NCBI GenBank assembly: GCA_030390025.1
Contig: JASTWF010000036.1
Coordinates: 2,916,001-2,980,000 of the forward strand
DNA from: Squalus acanthias
Taxonomy: Eukaryota
DNA: 64,000 nucleotides
Direction: 5' to 3'
Shown here: positions 48,451 to 61,562 of the stretch, in pieces
Layout of the letters: each line of letters opens with the position of its first letter
Position numbering within the stretch: the stretch's first letter is position 1
Translations under genes and position numbers: made by a program
The notes under the pieces: model-generated
The model's database searches: none
Told to the model about the DNA's origin: nothing
Seen by the model: only the letters and a program-made list of their open reading frames with translations

Positions 48451-50407
48451 ATGAGTGGTGCGAAAGCCAAGGCTGCTCCCCAATTCACTGAGGACTCCCA
48501 GCAAGCTCTTGTGGAGGGAGTAAGAGGACGCAGGGAGATTCTGTTCCCTCCCGATGGCTGGAGGAAGCCTCCTCAGCAAACAAAGGCAGCCTGGCTGAAG
48601 ATTGCTGAGGAGGTAAGCGCAAGGTCGCTATGTGCATGCACCTGACTGAAGTGCCGAAAACGCTTCAATGATCTTCTGCGAACATCAAAAGTGAGTATCA
48701 CATCACACCTTCAATCTGCTTCCCTTCTCTTCTCATCACCAGCACTGCATTATCAGCCTGCTCCTCCACATCCCACCTTACCCTTACTTCCCTTACACCT
48801 TTACCTCTCTATCTCTCTCTCTACTGAATCACTTCGCCATCCTACTATGCAGCCCTCACACTCGCTCTCACTGTTATGCAATGACAACAACTAACAACGC
48901 ACAGGGAGGCAGCTTCCTCTTGCCACCTCACTCCATCTTGGTCTTCCTCTAAGCTTCTAGGTTTTGGATTCTTCACACTCACTCCATCACTCTCGCTGAA
49001 ACTCCCCTTGTGTCGCTCCTTGCAGGAAAAGCTAACCCACAATAAGAGGGAGAGAGCTAGGACAGGAGGAGGCACACCATCCCTGGCCACATTAACAAAC
49101 GCTGAGGAGGCTGCTCAAGACATCATGAGAGGTGGTGAGGAGCTGGAAGTGGGGGACGGAGAGACGGACGCAGTTGAGGAAGCTGTTGACAGAATTCATT
49201 TTCATCCTTCGCATTTACAATTCATGATTGACTGCAATGCCATATGATGCTCATAGAGATTGACTTCTGATCAGCTGCACAAAAGGATGTGTCTGCTACC
49301 TGAAAATCTGATGTCTAACTCATGCCTTTACTCTCCCACAGGACCATTGAGCGCCCCCCTCCTCACTGTCCAGGAGGAAGAGCCAGACGACTCCTCAGAG
49401 GAACCTGCAGCCTCTGAGGGACCAGCGTCACCAGGACTCAGCGCACCCAGCACCAGCGCAGAAAGGCACACCTCGGTGGGTCCTTCGCAACATAGAGTAG
49501 TGTTGTCACCTAGTGTATCACAGCTCACAAGTGAGCATCAGCAGATGGTGGAGACAGCGACAGCAGTGGAGAGTCCTCATCAGAGGTCGCAGGACTCCTA
49601 GCTCTGCTCAGCTGCATGTAGACGCTGTGCCTCTGGGGGCCATCCAGAAAGAGAACTCCAGGAACAAGTGCAGGAGTCTCTGACAGGGTTTGCATCCAGG
49701 GTAACTGCGAGTGTGCAGAGAATGGAGGAGTCCATCTCAAACATGAGCACTGCCTTTGTGGAGGCAATGGCGCATGACCCTTCATCATGGAGAGGGTGGC
49801 AACCTCCATGGAGGACATAACTCGCCATACTCACGAAAACATGGTGACGTTTCAAAATAGATTGTCTTCTATGGAGGAGAGATGGGCATCTATTGAGGAG
49901 AGACACCAGAGCTTCATGGACATCCTTGTTATGAGGACTGTCAGTACAGAGACCAGTCCTCATGACCCCCCTGATGTGCAGCAAGGTGCTCTCCAGCCAC
50001 TTGCTAGCACTGAAGTGCAGGTGACCCATGAGAGGGATGTTGATGGCAGGCAACAAGGAAGTGTGGGCTCCTCTCCAAGTGCTCACACGACCATGCCACT
50101 GCAGATCCCTCGGTCAGAGCCCCAGATTCCTCACCCAACTGAGATGGCCATCTCAGCCCCTGCACAGCCGCAGGAAGAGCAGACTGTGGAGGAGCCCTCC
50201 CAGGCTCCCAAACCTAGAGGATGCCCGCCAAAGGAGTCTAAGCAGGCGCAGCATCAAAGTGAGCAAGGTGCCTCTACATCTGCTGAAGCCACAGGGGAAG
50301 CACCACGTAAAAGCATGCGTAAGAGGAAGTTAACACACAATAGTCACAAGGGTAGTCACTTGGGTGTTTTATTGTGCTGTAAAGTATTGAGTGTCCTCCT
50401 TTTGTGA
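48451..50407 (+). pseudogene. Harbinger Myb/SANT-like gene, 3 exons (48451-48690, 49026-about 49185, 49342-about 50400)
   Basis: APQFTEDSQQALVEGV...AWLKIAEEV...T*LKCRKRFNDLLR; AAA|GTGAGT donor, TTGCAG| and CCACAG| acceptors; W-to-stop at 48643; frameshifts. Confidence 0.82.
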
Positions 50408-50624
50408 TGTCATTAACCAAAAGTGATGGCAAAGAGTTGAGGTTCTCGTCTATGTGTTCTGAGAAATGGAAGTTGCACAGTGAGGGCTCAGGGTTAATTC
50501 CATTTATAATGATGGTGATGACAGTGATCGGAAAGCACCGTTTATTGGACAGATGATGTATGGCGTGTTAAGAATCTCGAACTTATATTCATCTCCATCT
50601 GCCAGCCACCTGTGTTTGAAGCGT

Positions 50625-51794
50625 AAGCTCACGCGAATGATGAGTGCATCCCTTGCCTGACGGCCAGCAATGTGGTCGCGTGCTGCTGCATTGGCCACAT
50701 CCGGACCCACAAGGCGTGGCTCCTCGTCCTCCTCCTCATCCTCCTCCTCGTCCTCCTCCTCTTCTTCCGAGGAGTGTGTGCTGAGCCACCTGGTTGTCCG
50801 GCAGCGCTAAGCCACGCTGCTGTGCGATGTTGTGCAGGGCACAGCAGCCCACGATGATCCTGGACACCCTGGCTGGTGCATACTGCAGGGCTCCACCAAA
50901 TCTGTCCAGGCATCGGAATCGGAATCAAACTCAGCCTCGTTTGATGGCCTCCTCATCAGTGTCATGAGCCACTTTTTCAGGGGATAGCCCTTGTCGCCAA
51001 GTAGCCATCCGGAAAGTTGGGTTGGTGGATGGAAGAGCTGAGGCACTGTAGACTGCCGCAGGATGAAGGAGTCATGGCAACTGCCAGGGTACTTAATGCA
51101 AACATGCATGATGATCTTCCTGTGGTTATACACCAGCTGGACGTTCAGGGAGTGGAATCCCTTGCAGTTAACAAAAACAGCTGGGTTGTGATAGGGGGCC
51201 CTAATGGCTACATGTGTGCAGTCTATGACGCCCTGCACCATTGGCAAGCCTGCCATATTTGCAAAGCCATCCGCACGCGCGGTCACACTTGGGCCATCCG
51301 AGGAGAAGTGGATGTAATTATGCGACTTTGCAAAGAGGGCATCAGTGACCTGCGTGATGCAGGTGTGTGCGGCCGACTGGGAGATGCCGCTGATGTCTGC
51401 AGCTGATCCCTGGAAGGAGTCCGAAGCAAAGAAGTTTATTGTGGTGGTGACTTTGACAGCCACTGGTAAGGAGTGTCCACCCGCTCCTCTGGGCTCCAGG
51501 TGTTGGTGCAGCATTGCGCAGATGTCAGCGACTACGTCTCTCGAAAGTCTCAGCCTCCTTTGGCACTGCTGCTCAGTCATGCTGAGGAAGCTGATCCTCT
51601 GCCTGTAAACCCTGTGTTGGGGGTATCTCCTGCAGCGAGGTGCAGCCCTGCACTGAAGCCCTCCACCCTGTGCAGCATCAGGCGGTTGAGGGCTCCTGGT
51701 GCTGGTGCTGCTGTTGTGGCTGGTTGTGGTGCTGCCGCGGCTGCTCTTCCTCAGAATCTGACGACCAGGATGACAGGGTGTAAATGGTTCCCAT
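50625..51794 (-). pseudogene. Harbinger DDE transposase (HARBI1-like)
   Basis: [41 protein letters not shown]; the segment with the catalytic Glu is deleted near 50920; acidic tail. Confidence 0.9.
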
Positions 51795-52419
51795 ACCGTT
51801 GCTATAGATTTCAGTTGAGGAAAGAAGCTTGCAAGCGCACAGTCAAAGTGGCCTGAGGATATTCCAAACAGGTGACACTGCAGATGGCTGTCAGCTTGAA
51901 CACTCACAAGTTCAGTAGATTTGCAAAATCTTTGCCAAAACATCAAACAACAAAGTTGTGGCAGCCATGTTGCAGGAGCGCTTTTAAGCTGCTGCAGCAA
52001 CTGACAACAATTCATGACCTCGAGAAACCCGATTCATTGCAGGTGGCGTGTTTCTCCGAAGACGGGAAACACGGAAAAAATGCACCAAAATCGGAAACCC
52101 CTATTAAAATAGGATTAGAAAGGCAGTTAACATGCTGTTAACTGCCTTAAGTGCCGTCCCCGCCATTTGGTGTCGGGTCAGTTCGGGAGCAGCTGTCCCG
52201 ACACTTGCAAAAGTAACGTGGAGGCGGGACGGAGGCGGGTTCGCATCCCGCCGGCAGTTTTTCTGATTTTCGCTGCCGACCCGCCTTCTCAGCTGAATTA
52301 AATTCGCAGCCCTTATGTCTGTACGATTGAAAAAAATAATTATCATGCACCACAGTTCCTGTAAATGAGAACAAAAACACAAACCTTTTCCAATCCCCGA
52401 TGGCTCAATCTGTAAGTGC

Positions 52420-52795
52420 ACTTCCCCCGATGATGCTGAACCATAAGGACCAGGAAGGTCTCAGGTTTAATTTCCAGTCTATGCTAAGTTACCTGAACTC
52501 AGCCTGAGGGACATTTGGCCTCACTGTCCTTGGTTTAGGCAAGGACAAAAGAAACAATCAGCCAAAAGCTCCTGCTACTGATCACTGTCCAGTGAGCCTT
52601 GCTAGACAGTGTGTGTGGGGGGGGGACGTAAATCGAGAACAGGATCTACCCGTACAAAGTCAACTAGCCGCGGTCCATGCTCACACACAAAGAATGGCCA
52701 CTTAGGCAAAGTTCCAGAAGGCTTCTAGTGACTGCGGGACAGTGACACGGAACAAACCAGCACCTTCAGGGGTGGGGAGGAGAAAATGCAGGGAC
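52420..52795 (+). mobile_element. Old SINE-like repeat (family unassigned)
   Basis: Related degraded segments at about 1190-1320 (+) and 58060-58180 (-), e.g. TGATCACT.TC and AAGAATGGCCACTT. Confidence 0.5.
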
Positions 52796-52809
52796 TTTTT
52801 TTTTGACAA

Positions 52810-53290
52810 GCCAGATACTGACGAGGAAGGCCATTTAGCCGATCTTAGCTCATCCACCTAGAAAGAGCCTACAGTCTCACCATCATGGCATTCAACTGTT
52901 TCTTAAGTGATGGCATGATGTGGGGATTGTAAGGTCTACCTCCCCTACCCATTCTTTCTGTGAAGAACTTCCTGATATCAGTCCTAAGTTTTGCCTTTAC
53001 TCATTTGAACCTGCGTGGCCACGTCCTATAGTTTGAAGCAGTATTGTGGATCTATCTTTCCTGTACTGTCTCTGAAACCTCTATGAAGTCCCCTCTTAAT
53101 TACTTTCTTTCCAGGCCGAAAAGCCCAGTTTCCCCCAGTCTTTCCTCATACCTCAATCCTCTGACACTGGGGATGTGCCTCATTGGCTCTTTCTTGACAC
53201 TGTCTGCAGGGTTTGAATGGCTCCCTTGCCTCTTGAATCACCAGAATTGGACACAATACTCAAGTTGTGGTCTGACAGAGCACTTCACAG
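52810..53290 (-). mobile_element. Old CR1 3' fragment
   Basis: VRPQLEYCVQFW on the minus strand. Confidence 0.75.
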
Positions 53291-53862
53291 TTGACTGTAA
53301 CAAATTGAAGAAAGTTTGAAAGCACAAGCTTTCAATTGCATTAAATTTACACAATATTTTGGTTATAAACCTCGCAAATACTGAGCACAGATAGAGAGGC
53401 TGTTTGAGTACAGATTCGATTTCATGCTCAATCGCGTTCTGTAACCCAGGGGTCAATACTTCCCCCTCCAGCACACAAACTGTGGTTAATATTAGTTTTA
53501 TTATACTCCTGAGCTTCAATGTATTTTCTGAATTGGTAACCTTTCCGCCTGTTTCATGCTGGTTACAGGTTGTATGGCATCTGCCAACGATCCAGTAATA
53601 GTGGCAGCATTTTTCCTCCTACATAGCTCTTCGACTAATCACATTCAAGGGTAAAATAATAGCCCCAATAAAAGATGATAAAGGAACGACAGCAAGATTA
53701 TGAAGTCTCGGATTTTAGCTGCCCGGAAATGACGTTGCCGATGTCACTGTATGAACGGTGAACACCAGCGGAGGAATTTGATACTAGTGTATTAAGCGTC
53801 TTTTCAGTAACATTACGCACAGGAGTTTGCAGCCTAATGTGGAGAATTAATTGTTCTGATGT

Positions 53863-56800
53863 CCTGTAAATACTGACACACTCCTGGGGACCCCCTGTAA
53901 ATACTGACACACTCCCGGGGACCCACTGTAAATACTGACACACTCCCGGGGACTCCCTGTAAATACTGACACACTCCCGGGGACCCCCTGTAAATACTGA
54001 CACACTCCCGGGGACCCACTGTAAATACTGACACACTCCCGGGGACTCCCTGTAAATACTGACACACTCCCGGGCACCCCCTGTAAATACTGACACACTC
54101 CCGGGCACCCCCTGTAAATACTGACACACTCCCGGGCACCCCCTGTAAATACTGACACACTCCCGGGGACCCCCTGTAAATACTAACACACTCCCGGGGA
54201 CCCCCTGTAAATACTGACACACTCCCGGGGATCCCCTGTAAATACTGACACACTCCCGGGGATCCCCTGTAAATACTCACACACTCCCGGGCACCCCCTG
54301 TAAATACTGACACACTCCCGGGGACCCACTGTAAATACTGACACACTCCCGGGGACTCCCTGTAAATACTGACACACTCCCGGGGACCCACTGTAAATAC
54401 TGACACACTCCCGGGGACTCCCTGTAAATACTGACACACTCCCAGGGACCCCCTGTAAATACTGACACACTCCCGGGGACCCCCTGTAAATACTGACACA
54501 CTCCCGGGGACCCCCTGTAAATACTCACACACTCCCGGGGACCCCCTGTAAATACTGACACACTCCCAGGGACCCCCTGTAAATACTGACACACTCCCGG
54601 GGACCCCCTGTAAATACTGACACACTCCCGGGGACCCCCTGTAAATACTCACACACTCCCGGGGACACCCTGTAAATACTGACACACTCCCAGGGACCCC
54701 CTGTAAATACTGACACACTACCGAGGACCCCTGTAAATACTGACACACTCCCGGGGACCCCCTGTAAATACTGACACACTCCTGGGGACCCCCAGTAAAT
54801 ACTGACACTCTCCCGGGGAACCCCTGTAAATACTGACACACTCCCGGGGTTCCCCTGTAAATACTAACACACTCCCAGGGACCCCCTGTAAATACTGACA
54901 CACTCCCGGGGACCACCTGTAAATACTGACACACTCCCAGGGACTCCCTGTAAATACTGAAACACTCCCGGGGACCCCCTGTAAATACTGACACACTCCC
55001 GGGGACCCCCTGTAAATACTGACACACTCCTGGGCACCCCCTGTAAATACTGACACACTCCCGGGGACCCCATGTAAATACTGACACACTCCTGGGCACC
55101 CCCTGTAAATACTGACACACTCCCGGGGTTCCCCTGTAAATACTAACACACTCCCAGGGACCCCCTGTAAATACTGACACACTCCCGGGGACCACCTGTA
55201 AATACTGACACACTCCCAGGGACTCCCTGTAAATACTGAAACACTCCCGGGGGGTCCCCTGTAAATAATGACGCACTCCCAGGGACCCCCTGTAAATACT
55301 GACACACTCCCGTGGACCCCCTGTAAATACTGACACACTCCCGAGGACCCCTGTAAATACTGACACACTCCCGGGGACCCCCTGTAAATACTGACACACT
55401 CCCGGGGACCCCCTGTAAATACTGACACACTCCTGGGCACCCCCTGTAAATACTGACACACTCCCGGGGACCCCATGTAAATACTGACACACTCCTGGGC
55501 ACCCCCTGTAAATACTGACACACTCCCGGGGACCCCCTGTAAATACTGACACACTCCCGGGGACCCCCTGTAAATACTGACACACTCCTGGGGACCCCCA
55601 GTAAATACTGACACTCTCCCGGGGAACCCCTGTAAATACTGACACACTCCCGGGGTTTCCCTGTAAATACTAACACACTCCCAGGGACCCCCTGTAAATA
55701 CTGACACACTCCCGGGGACCCCCTGTAAATACTGACACACTCCCAGGGACTCCCTGTAAATACTGACACACTCCCGGGGGTCCCCTGTAAATACTGACAC
55801 ACTCCCAGGGACCCCCTGTAAATACTGACACACTCCCGTGGACCCCCTGTAAATACTGACACACTCCCGAGGACCCCTGTAAATACTGACACACTCCTGG
55901 GCACCCCCTGTAAATACTGACACACTCCTGGGCACCCCCTGTAAATACTGACACACTCCCGGGGACCCCCTGTAAATACTGACACACTCCCAGGGACCCC
56001 CTGTAAATACTGACACACTCTCGGGGACCCCCTGGAAATACTGACACAATCCTGGGGACCCCCTGTAAATACTGACACAGTTCCGGGGACCCCCTGTGAA
56101 TACCGACACACTCCCAGGGTCCCCTGTAAATATTGACACCCTCCCAGGGCCCCCCTGTAAATACTGACACACTCCCAGGGACCCCCTGTAAATACTGACA
56201 CACTCCCGGGGACCCCCTGTAAATACTGATACATTCCTGGGGACACCCTGTAAATAGTGACACATTCCTGGTGATCGCCTGTAAATACCGACACATTCCC
56301 GGGGACACCCTGTAAATACCGACATATTCCCGGGGACACCCTGTAAATACGGACACATTTCCGGGGACACCCTGTAAATACTGACACACTCACGGCGACC
56401 CCTCTGTATATACTGACACACACCCGGAGACCCCCTGTAAATACCGACACACTCCCGGGGACCCCCTGTAAATACTGACACATTCCCGGGGACCCCCTGT
56501 AAATACTGACACACTTCTAGGGATTCCCTGTAAATACTGACACACTCCCGGGGACCCCCTGTAACTACTGGCACACTCCCGGGGACCCCCTATAAATACT
56601 GACACACTCCCGGGGACCCCCTGCAAATACTGACACACTCCCGGGGACCCCCTGTAAATACTGACACACTCTCAGGGAACCCCCTGTAAATACTGACACA
56701 CTCTCGGGGAACCCCCTGTAAATACTGACACACTCCCGGGGACTCCCTGTAAATACTGACAAACTCCCGGTGACCCCCTGTAAATACTGACACACACCCG

Positions 56801-57070
56801 GGGACCCCCTGTAAATACTGACACACTCCCGGGGACCCCCTGTAAATAATGACACACTCCCAGGTACCCCCTGTAAATAATGACACACCCCCGGGGACCC
56901 CCTGTAAATACTGGCACACTCCCGGGGACCCCCTGTAAGTAATGACACACTCCCAGGTACCCCCTGTAAATAATGACACACTTCTAGGGATTCCCTGTAA
57001 ATACTGACATACTCCCGGGCACCTCCTACAAATACTGACACACTCCCGGGGGATTCCTTGGAAATATTGT
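53863..57070. repeat. 31-bp minisatellite, about 100 copies
   Basis: Consensus TGTAAATACTGACACACTCCCGGGGACCCCC; the 31-aa periodic ORFs equal three units. Confidence 0.97.
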
Positions 57071-57154
57071 CACTTGGCTCAGGACAACTGATACAACTTC
57101 CAAAAGAAGTGCCAATTGTCTAAAGGAAAATAGTGCTTTCATTGCAGAAACCAT

Positions 57155-57917
57155 GGGCCATAATTTGCTGTCAAAATAATGGTGAGGTTAATGGCACTCA
57201 GTGTTATTTATGTGCAACTTCAGGCGAGGGCAGATTCGCGGTTAAACTCAAATATCCAAAAGTTGCTGTCCGAGTTGTGCTGCTCCACCGCTAGCTTCGC
57301 GGAAACGGCATCTCGCTGACTGCTTCACCATTGCCATGCATTGAATGTTGTATTTGCACGGTAAATATGAACTAAATCCACCGCAAAAGTTAAGTGATGT
57401 CCTTTTCCGTCTAGGTACCCTTTTAATAACGTGATAAGTGTTATTTACTGCCAGTTAACCTCTCTGGCACTGAAAATTAACTATTACAAGTGTGGATTCT
57501 CATTCCTTCAAGTTTTAATTGTTGTTGGAGTTTTTAAGAATGTAAATCGAATTTTTCTCCCCATTTTCCTTTCTGTCTCCTTTTCCTCTCTCTCTTAATC
57601 CAACCTTTCTTTCCCTCTCTTTATTTCTCTTTCTGTAGCTGATGTGACATTGAATTCACCCACTCTAATTTACACTTCCTTCTCAGTCCTTGCGCTGTTA
57701 ATTTCTCAATCCCTCAGTCTGATTGATTAAGGAGCTATACAGTCGCTTTCCCTGTTCACTCAGGTCCCAGATGCCCTGTTCCCCTCGCTGCGACGTTATC
57801 AGCTCGCACTTTCAGCAACTTGCCACGCAAATAATTTGAAAACCTAAACAGGCAAGTACAAGTCTAACTCGTTCAGTTGTATGCTGATGGGGTTCTGCGC
57901 CACTCTGAATCGCACCC
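57155..57917. mobile_element. Possible Harbinger-type non-autonomous element
   Basis: GGGCCATAATTTG start and AATCGCACCC|ATT end; TIR match is weak. Confidence 0.4.
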
Positions 57918-58409
57918 ATTAAACCATCCATACCTACAAAGTCAGCTATAGCTGTGGGCGAGCCTGTGGAGCACACTTCAGTGGGCTTTAGTTAGGATGG
58001 TCCTATTTCAGTTACTTTTGAAGGTGGTCACTCCTCGTAGACTGTAGTCTCACGGGTGCTGGCAGCTCTCTGGCAACTTGTCGAAGTGGCCATTCTTCAT
58101 GTGTGAACTTAAATTATGAGCGTTTGCAGGTTATTCGAACATGGGGGTATCACAGCAAAACCCAATTTTGTCCTCATCCGATGTGTATATACACACAGGA
58201 CACAGATTTAAGGTGATTGGCCAAAGATCCAAAGGCGACATGAGGAAAAACTTTTTGGTAGGAAGAACGAGGAGAGGCAATATAAACTGAGGGATACAAT
58301 TCTAAAGGGGCTGCAGGAACAGAGGGGGTATATATGCACAAATCGTTGAAGGTGGCAGGGCAGATTGAGAAAGCAGTTAAAAAAGCATACGGGATCCTGG
58401 GCTTCATGA

Positions 58410-58535
58410 CTTCACCTGAGGAAGGAGCAATCGATAGCTCCGAAAGCTTGTGATTTCAAATAAAACTGTTGGACTATAACCCGGTGTTGTGCGACCTCTC
58501 AATTTTGTCCACCCCAGTCCAACACCGGCATCTCC
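58410..58535 (+). mobile_element. 126-bp Penelope pseudo-LTR insertion
   Basis: Matches 27870-27990; 9-bp TSD GCTTCATGA (58401-58409 / 58536-58544). Confidence 0.88.
58413..58452 (+). ncRNA. Minimal type I hammerhead ribozyme
   Basis: CAC-CUGAGGA-A-GGAGC-aaucgaua-GCUCC-GAA-AGCU-U-GUG. Confidence 0.75.
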
Positions 58536-58761
58536 GCTTCATGAATAGAGGCATAGAGTAAAAAAGCAAGGAAGTTATGATGAACCCATATAAACCACTG
58601 GTCCGGCCTCAACTGGAGTATTGTGTCCAATTCTGGGCACCGCACTTTAGGAAGGATGTGAAGGCCTTAGAGAGGGTGCAGAAAAGATTTACAAGAATGA
58701 TTCCAGGGATGGGGGACTTCAGTTACATGGATAGACTGGAGAAGCTGGGGTTGTTCTCCTT

Positions 58762-60559
58762 GGAATCATAGAAAGTTACAGCACGGAAGGAGGCCATTTC
58801 GGCCCATCGTGTCCGCGCCGGCCAACAAAGAACTATCCAGCCTAATCCCACTTCCCAGCTCTTGGTCCGTAGCCCTGCAGGTTAGAGCATCCCAAGTGCA
58901 CATCCAAGTACTTTTTAAATGTGGTTAGGGTTCCTGCCTCTACCACCCTTTCAGACAGTGAGTTCCAGACCTCCACCACCCTCTGGGTGAAGAAATTTCC
59001 CCTCAAATCCCCTCTAAACCTTCCCCCAATTACTTTAAATCTGTGCCCCTGGTTTTTGACCCCTCTGCTAAGGGAAATAGGTCCTTTCTATCCACTTTAT
59101 CTATACCCCTCATAATTTTATACACCTCAATAAGGTCTCCCCTCAGCCTCCTCTGTTCCAAGGAAAACAGACCCAGCCTATCCAGTCTTTCCTCATAGCT
59201 AAGATTCCCTACTCCCGGCAACATCCTTGTAAATCTCCTCTGTACCCTCTCTAGTGCAATCACATCTTTCCTGTAATGTGGTGACCAGAACTGCACGCAG
59301 TACTCTAGCTGAGGCCTAACTAGTGTTTGATACAGTTGAAGCATAACCCCCCTGCTCTTGTATTCTATGCCACGGCTAATAAAGGCAAGCATTCCGTATG
59401 CCTTCTTAACCACCTTATCCACTTGGCCTGCTACCTTCAAGGATCTGTGGACATGCACTCCAAGGTCCCTTTGTTCCTCTACACTACTCAGTGTCCTACC
59501 ATTTAATGTGTATTCCCTTTCCTTGTTAGCCCTCCCCAAATGCATTACCTCACACTTCTCCGGATTGAATTCCATTTGCCACTGTTCTGCCCACCTGACC
59601 AAGTTATTGATATCTTCCTGCAGTCTACAGCTTCCTTCTTCAGTATCAACCACACAGCCGATTTTAGTATCATCTGCAAACTTCTTAATCATACCCCCTA
59701 TATTCAAGTCAAGATCGTTGATATATACCACAAAAAGCAAGGGACCTAGTACTGAGCCCTGCGGAACCCCACTGGAAACAACCTTCCAGTCACAAAAACA
59801 CTCATCAACCATTACCCTCTACTTCCTGTCTCCGAGCCAGTTTTGAATCCAACTTGACACTTTGCCCTGGATCCCATGGGCTTTTAACTTCGTGATCAGT
59901 CTGCCACGTGAAGCCTTGCTAAAGTCCGTATACACTACATCAAACGCACTACCCTCATCTACCCTCCTTGTTACCTCCTCAAAAAATTCAATCAAGTTTG
60001 TCAGACACAACTTTCCCTTAACAAATCCGTGCTGACTATCCTTGATTAATCTGTGTCTTTCTAAATGAAGATTTATCCTGTCCTTCAGAATTCTTTCCAA
60101 TAATTTTCCCACCACCGAGGTTAGGCTGACTGGCTTGTAATTACTCGGTCTATCCTTTTCTCCCTTTTTAAACAAGGGTACCACATTAGCAGTCCTCCAG
60201 TTCTCCGGCACCACACCTGAAGCCAGCGAGGATTGGAAAATGATGGTCAGGGCCTCTGATATTTCCTCTTTTGCTTCGCTTAACAGCCTGGGATACATTT
60301 AATCCGGGCCTGGGGTTTTATCCACTTTTAAAGCTGCTAAACCCCTTAATACCTCTTCTCTCACTATGTTTATTTCATCTAATATTTCACACTCCTCCCT
60401 GATAGCAATGTCTGCTTCGCCCCTCTCCTTTGTGAAAACAGACGCAAAGTATTCATTAAGAACCCTACCGACGTCTCCTGCCTCCACACACAGATTACCC
60501 TCGTGATCTCTAATAGGCCCTACCATTTCTTTAGTTATCCTCTTGCTCTTAATATATTT
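58762..60559 (-). mobile_element. 5'-truncated CR1 LINE
   Basis: ORFs 59030-59812 and 59819-60298 carry RT motifs (GVPQGS, FADD). Confidence 0.93.
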
Positions 60560-61562
60560 AGAGCAGAGAAGATTGAGAGGAGATTTGATGGAGGTGTTCA
60601 AAATCATGCAGAGTCTAAACAGAGTAGATAGAGAGAAACTGTTCCCATTGGCGGAAGGGTCAAGAACCAAATGATACAGATTTAAGGTGATTGGCAAAAA
60701 AAACAAAGGCGACATGAGGAAAAACTTTTTCACTCAGCGAGTGGTTAGGATCTGGAATGCACTGCCTGAGAGGGTGGTGGAGGCAGACTCAATTATGGCT
60801 TTCAAAAGGGAGTTGGATAAGTACCTGAAGGAAAAAATTTGCAGGGCTACGGGGAAAGGGCGGGGGAGTGGGACTAGCTGAAGTGCTCTTGCAGAGAGCT
60901 GGCACGGGCTCGACAGGCCGAATGGCCTCCTTCCGTGCTGTAACCATTCTATGATTCTATTCTAAACACGTATGCACGCGCACATGCACACTTTCCAGCA
61001 GGGCTTGCTGGATAAGGATCATAGGTCGGAACTCAAGCTAAATTTCCCCCTTCCAAACAGTAAGGAGGCCAATTGTATACTCAACTGCTGACCTGGGTTA
61101 GATCATCGAACTGAAGACAGAGCAAGGATTCAGCTTGACTCCTCTGTTGCCAGCACCACTAAGATTTATTTTCCTATCTGGTTATCTAATTGTATATTTA
61201 TTCCATTGTTCTCTATATAAACTGTCTGAACCCTTAATTGAATCACTCTGAGGTATTCATTATTCTATCATTTTAATCTTCCAAGAAAGGATAGTGCCAA
61301 ACACTTATCTACAGAAGTACAATTGTAGCCAACATTCAAAAGTGATTTCTCAAAATGTGGCTACATGCCATTCAATAACTCAGCTCAACCGTTACTTGCA
61401 AGGAGATTGTTGTACTTGTAATTTAAACTAGTGCAGTGCTCAGATTAATAAAGGAAATGGGATTTTACAAAGAAGTCTGCCATCAACTGGTGGCGAGCCG
61501 GAACTGCAGCAGTTTGCAATTCCCTCTGAAAACTGCTGTCCCTGAGGGAAGACGATGATAAT

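Larger units (their letters stand above)
48180..52312. mobile_element. PIF/Harbinger transposon 2 (two convergent genes, degraded)
   Basis: Myb/SANT gene on +, transposase on -; degenerate ends GTCCTCGATTTTAAT / ATTAAATTCGCAGCCC followed by TTA. Confidence 0.85.
58198..60962 (+). mobile_element. CR1 3' fragment hosting a Penelope piece and an antisense CR1
   Basis: Host sequence runs ...TTCTCCTT (58761) | AGAGCAGAGAAG (60560) to the tail TTCTATGATTCTAT. Confidence 0.88.

Noticed and set aside
50625..51794. Domesticated host HARBI1 gene (also considered at 15010-16056)
   Set aside because: Frameshifts or deletions, paired with a Myb gene inside transposon-like ends.
53698..57041. Long ORFs up to 618 aa with GVCQYLQGVPGSVSVFTGGPRECVSIYRGSP repeats
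   Set aside because: Artefact of a stop-free 31-bp repeat; all three minus frames give the same peptide.
45464..57070. CRISPR-like appearance of the 35-bp and 31-bp repeats
   Set aside because: Units are head-to-tail with no unique spacers, there are no cas genes, and the context is eukaryotic.
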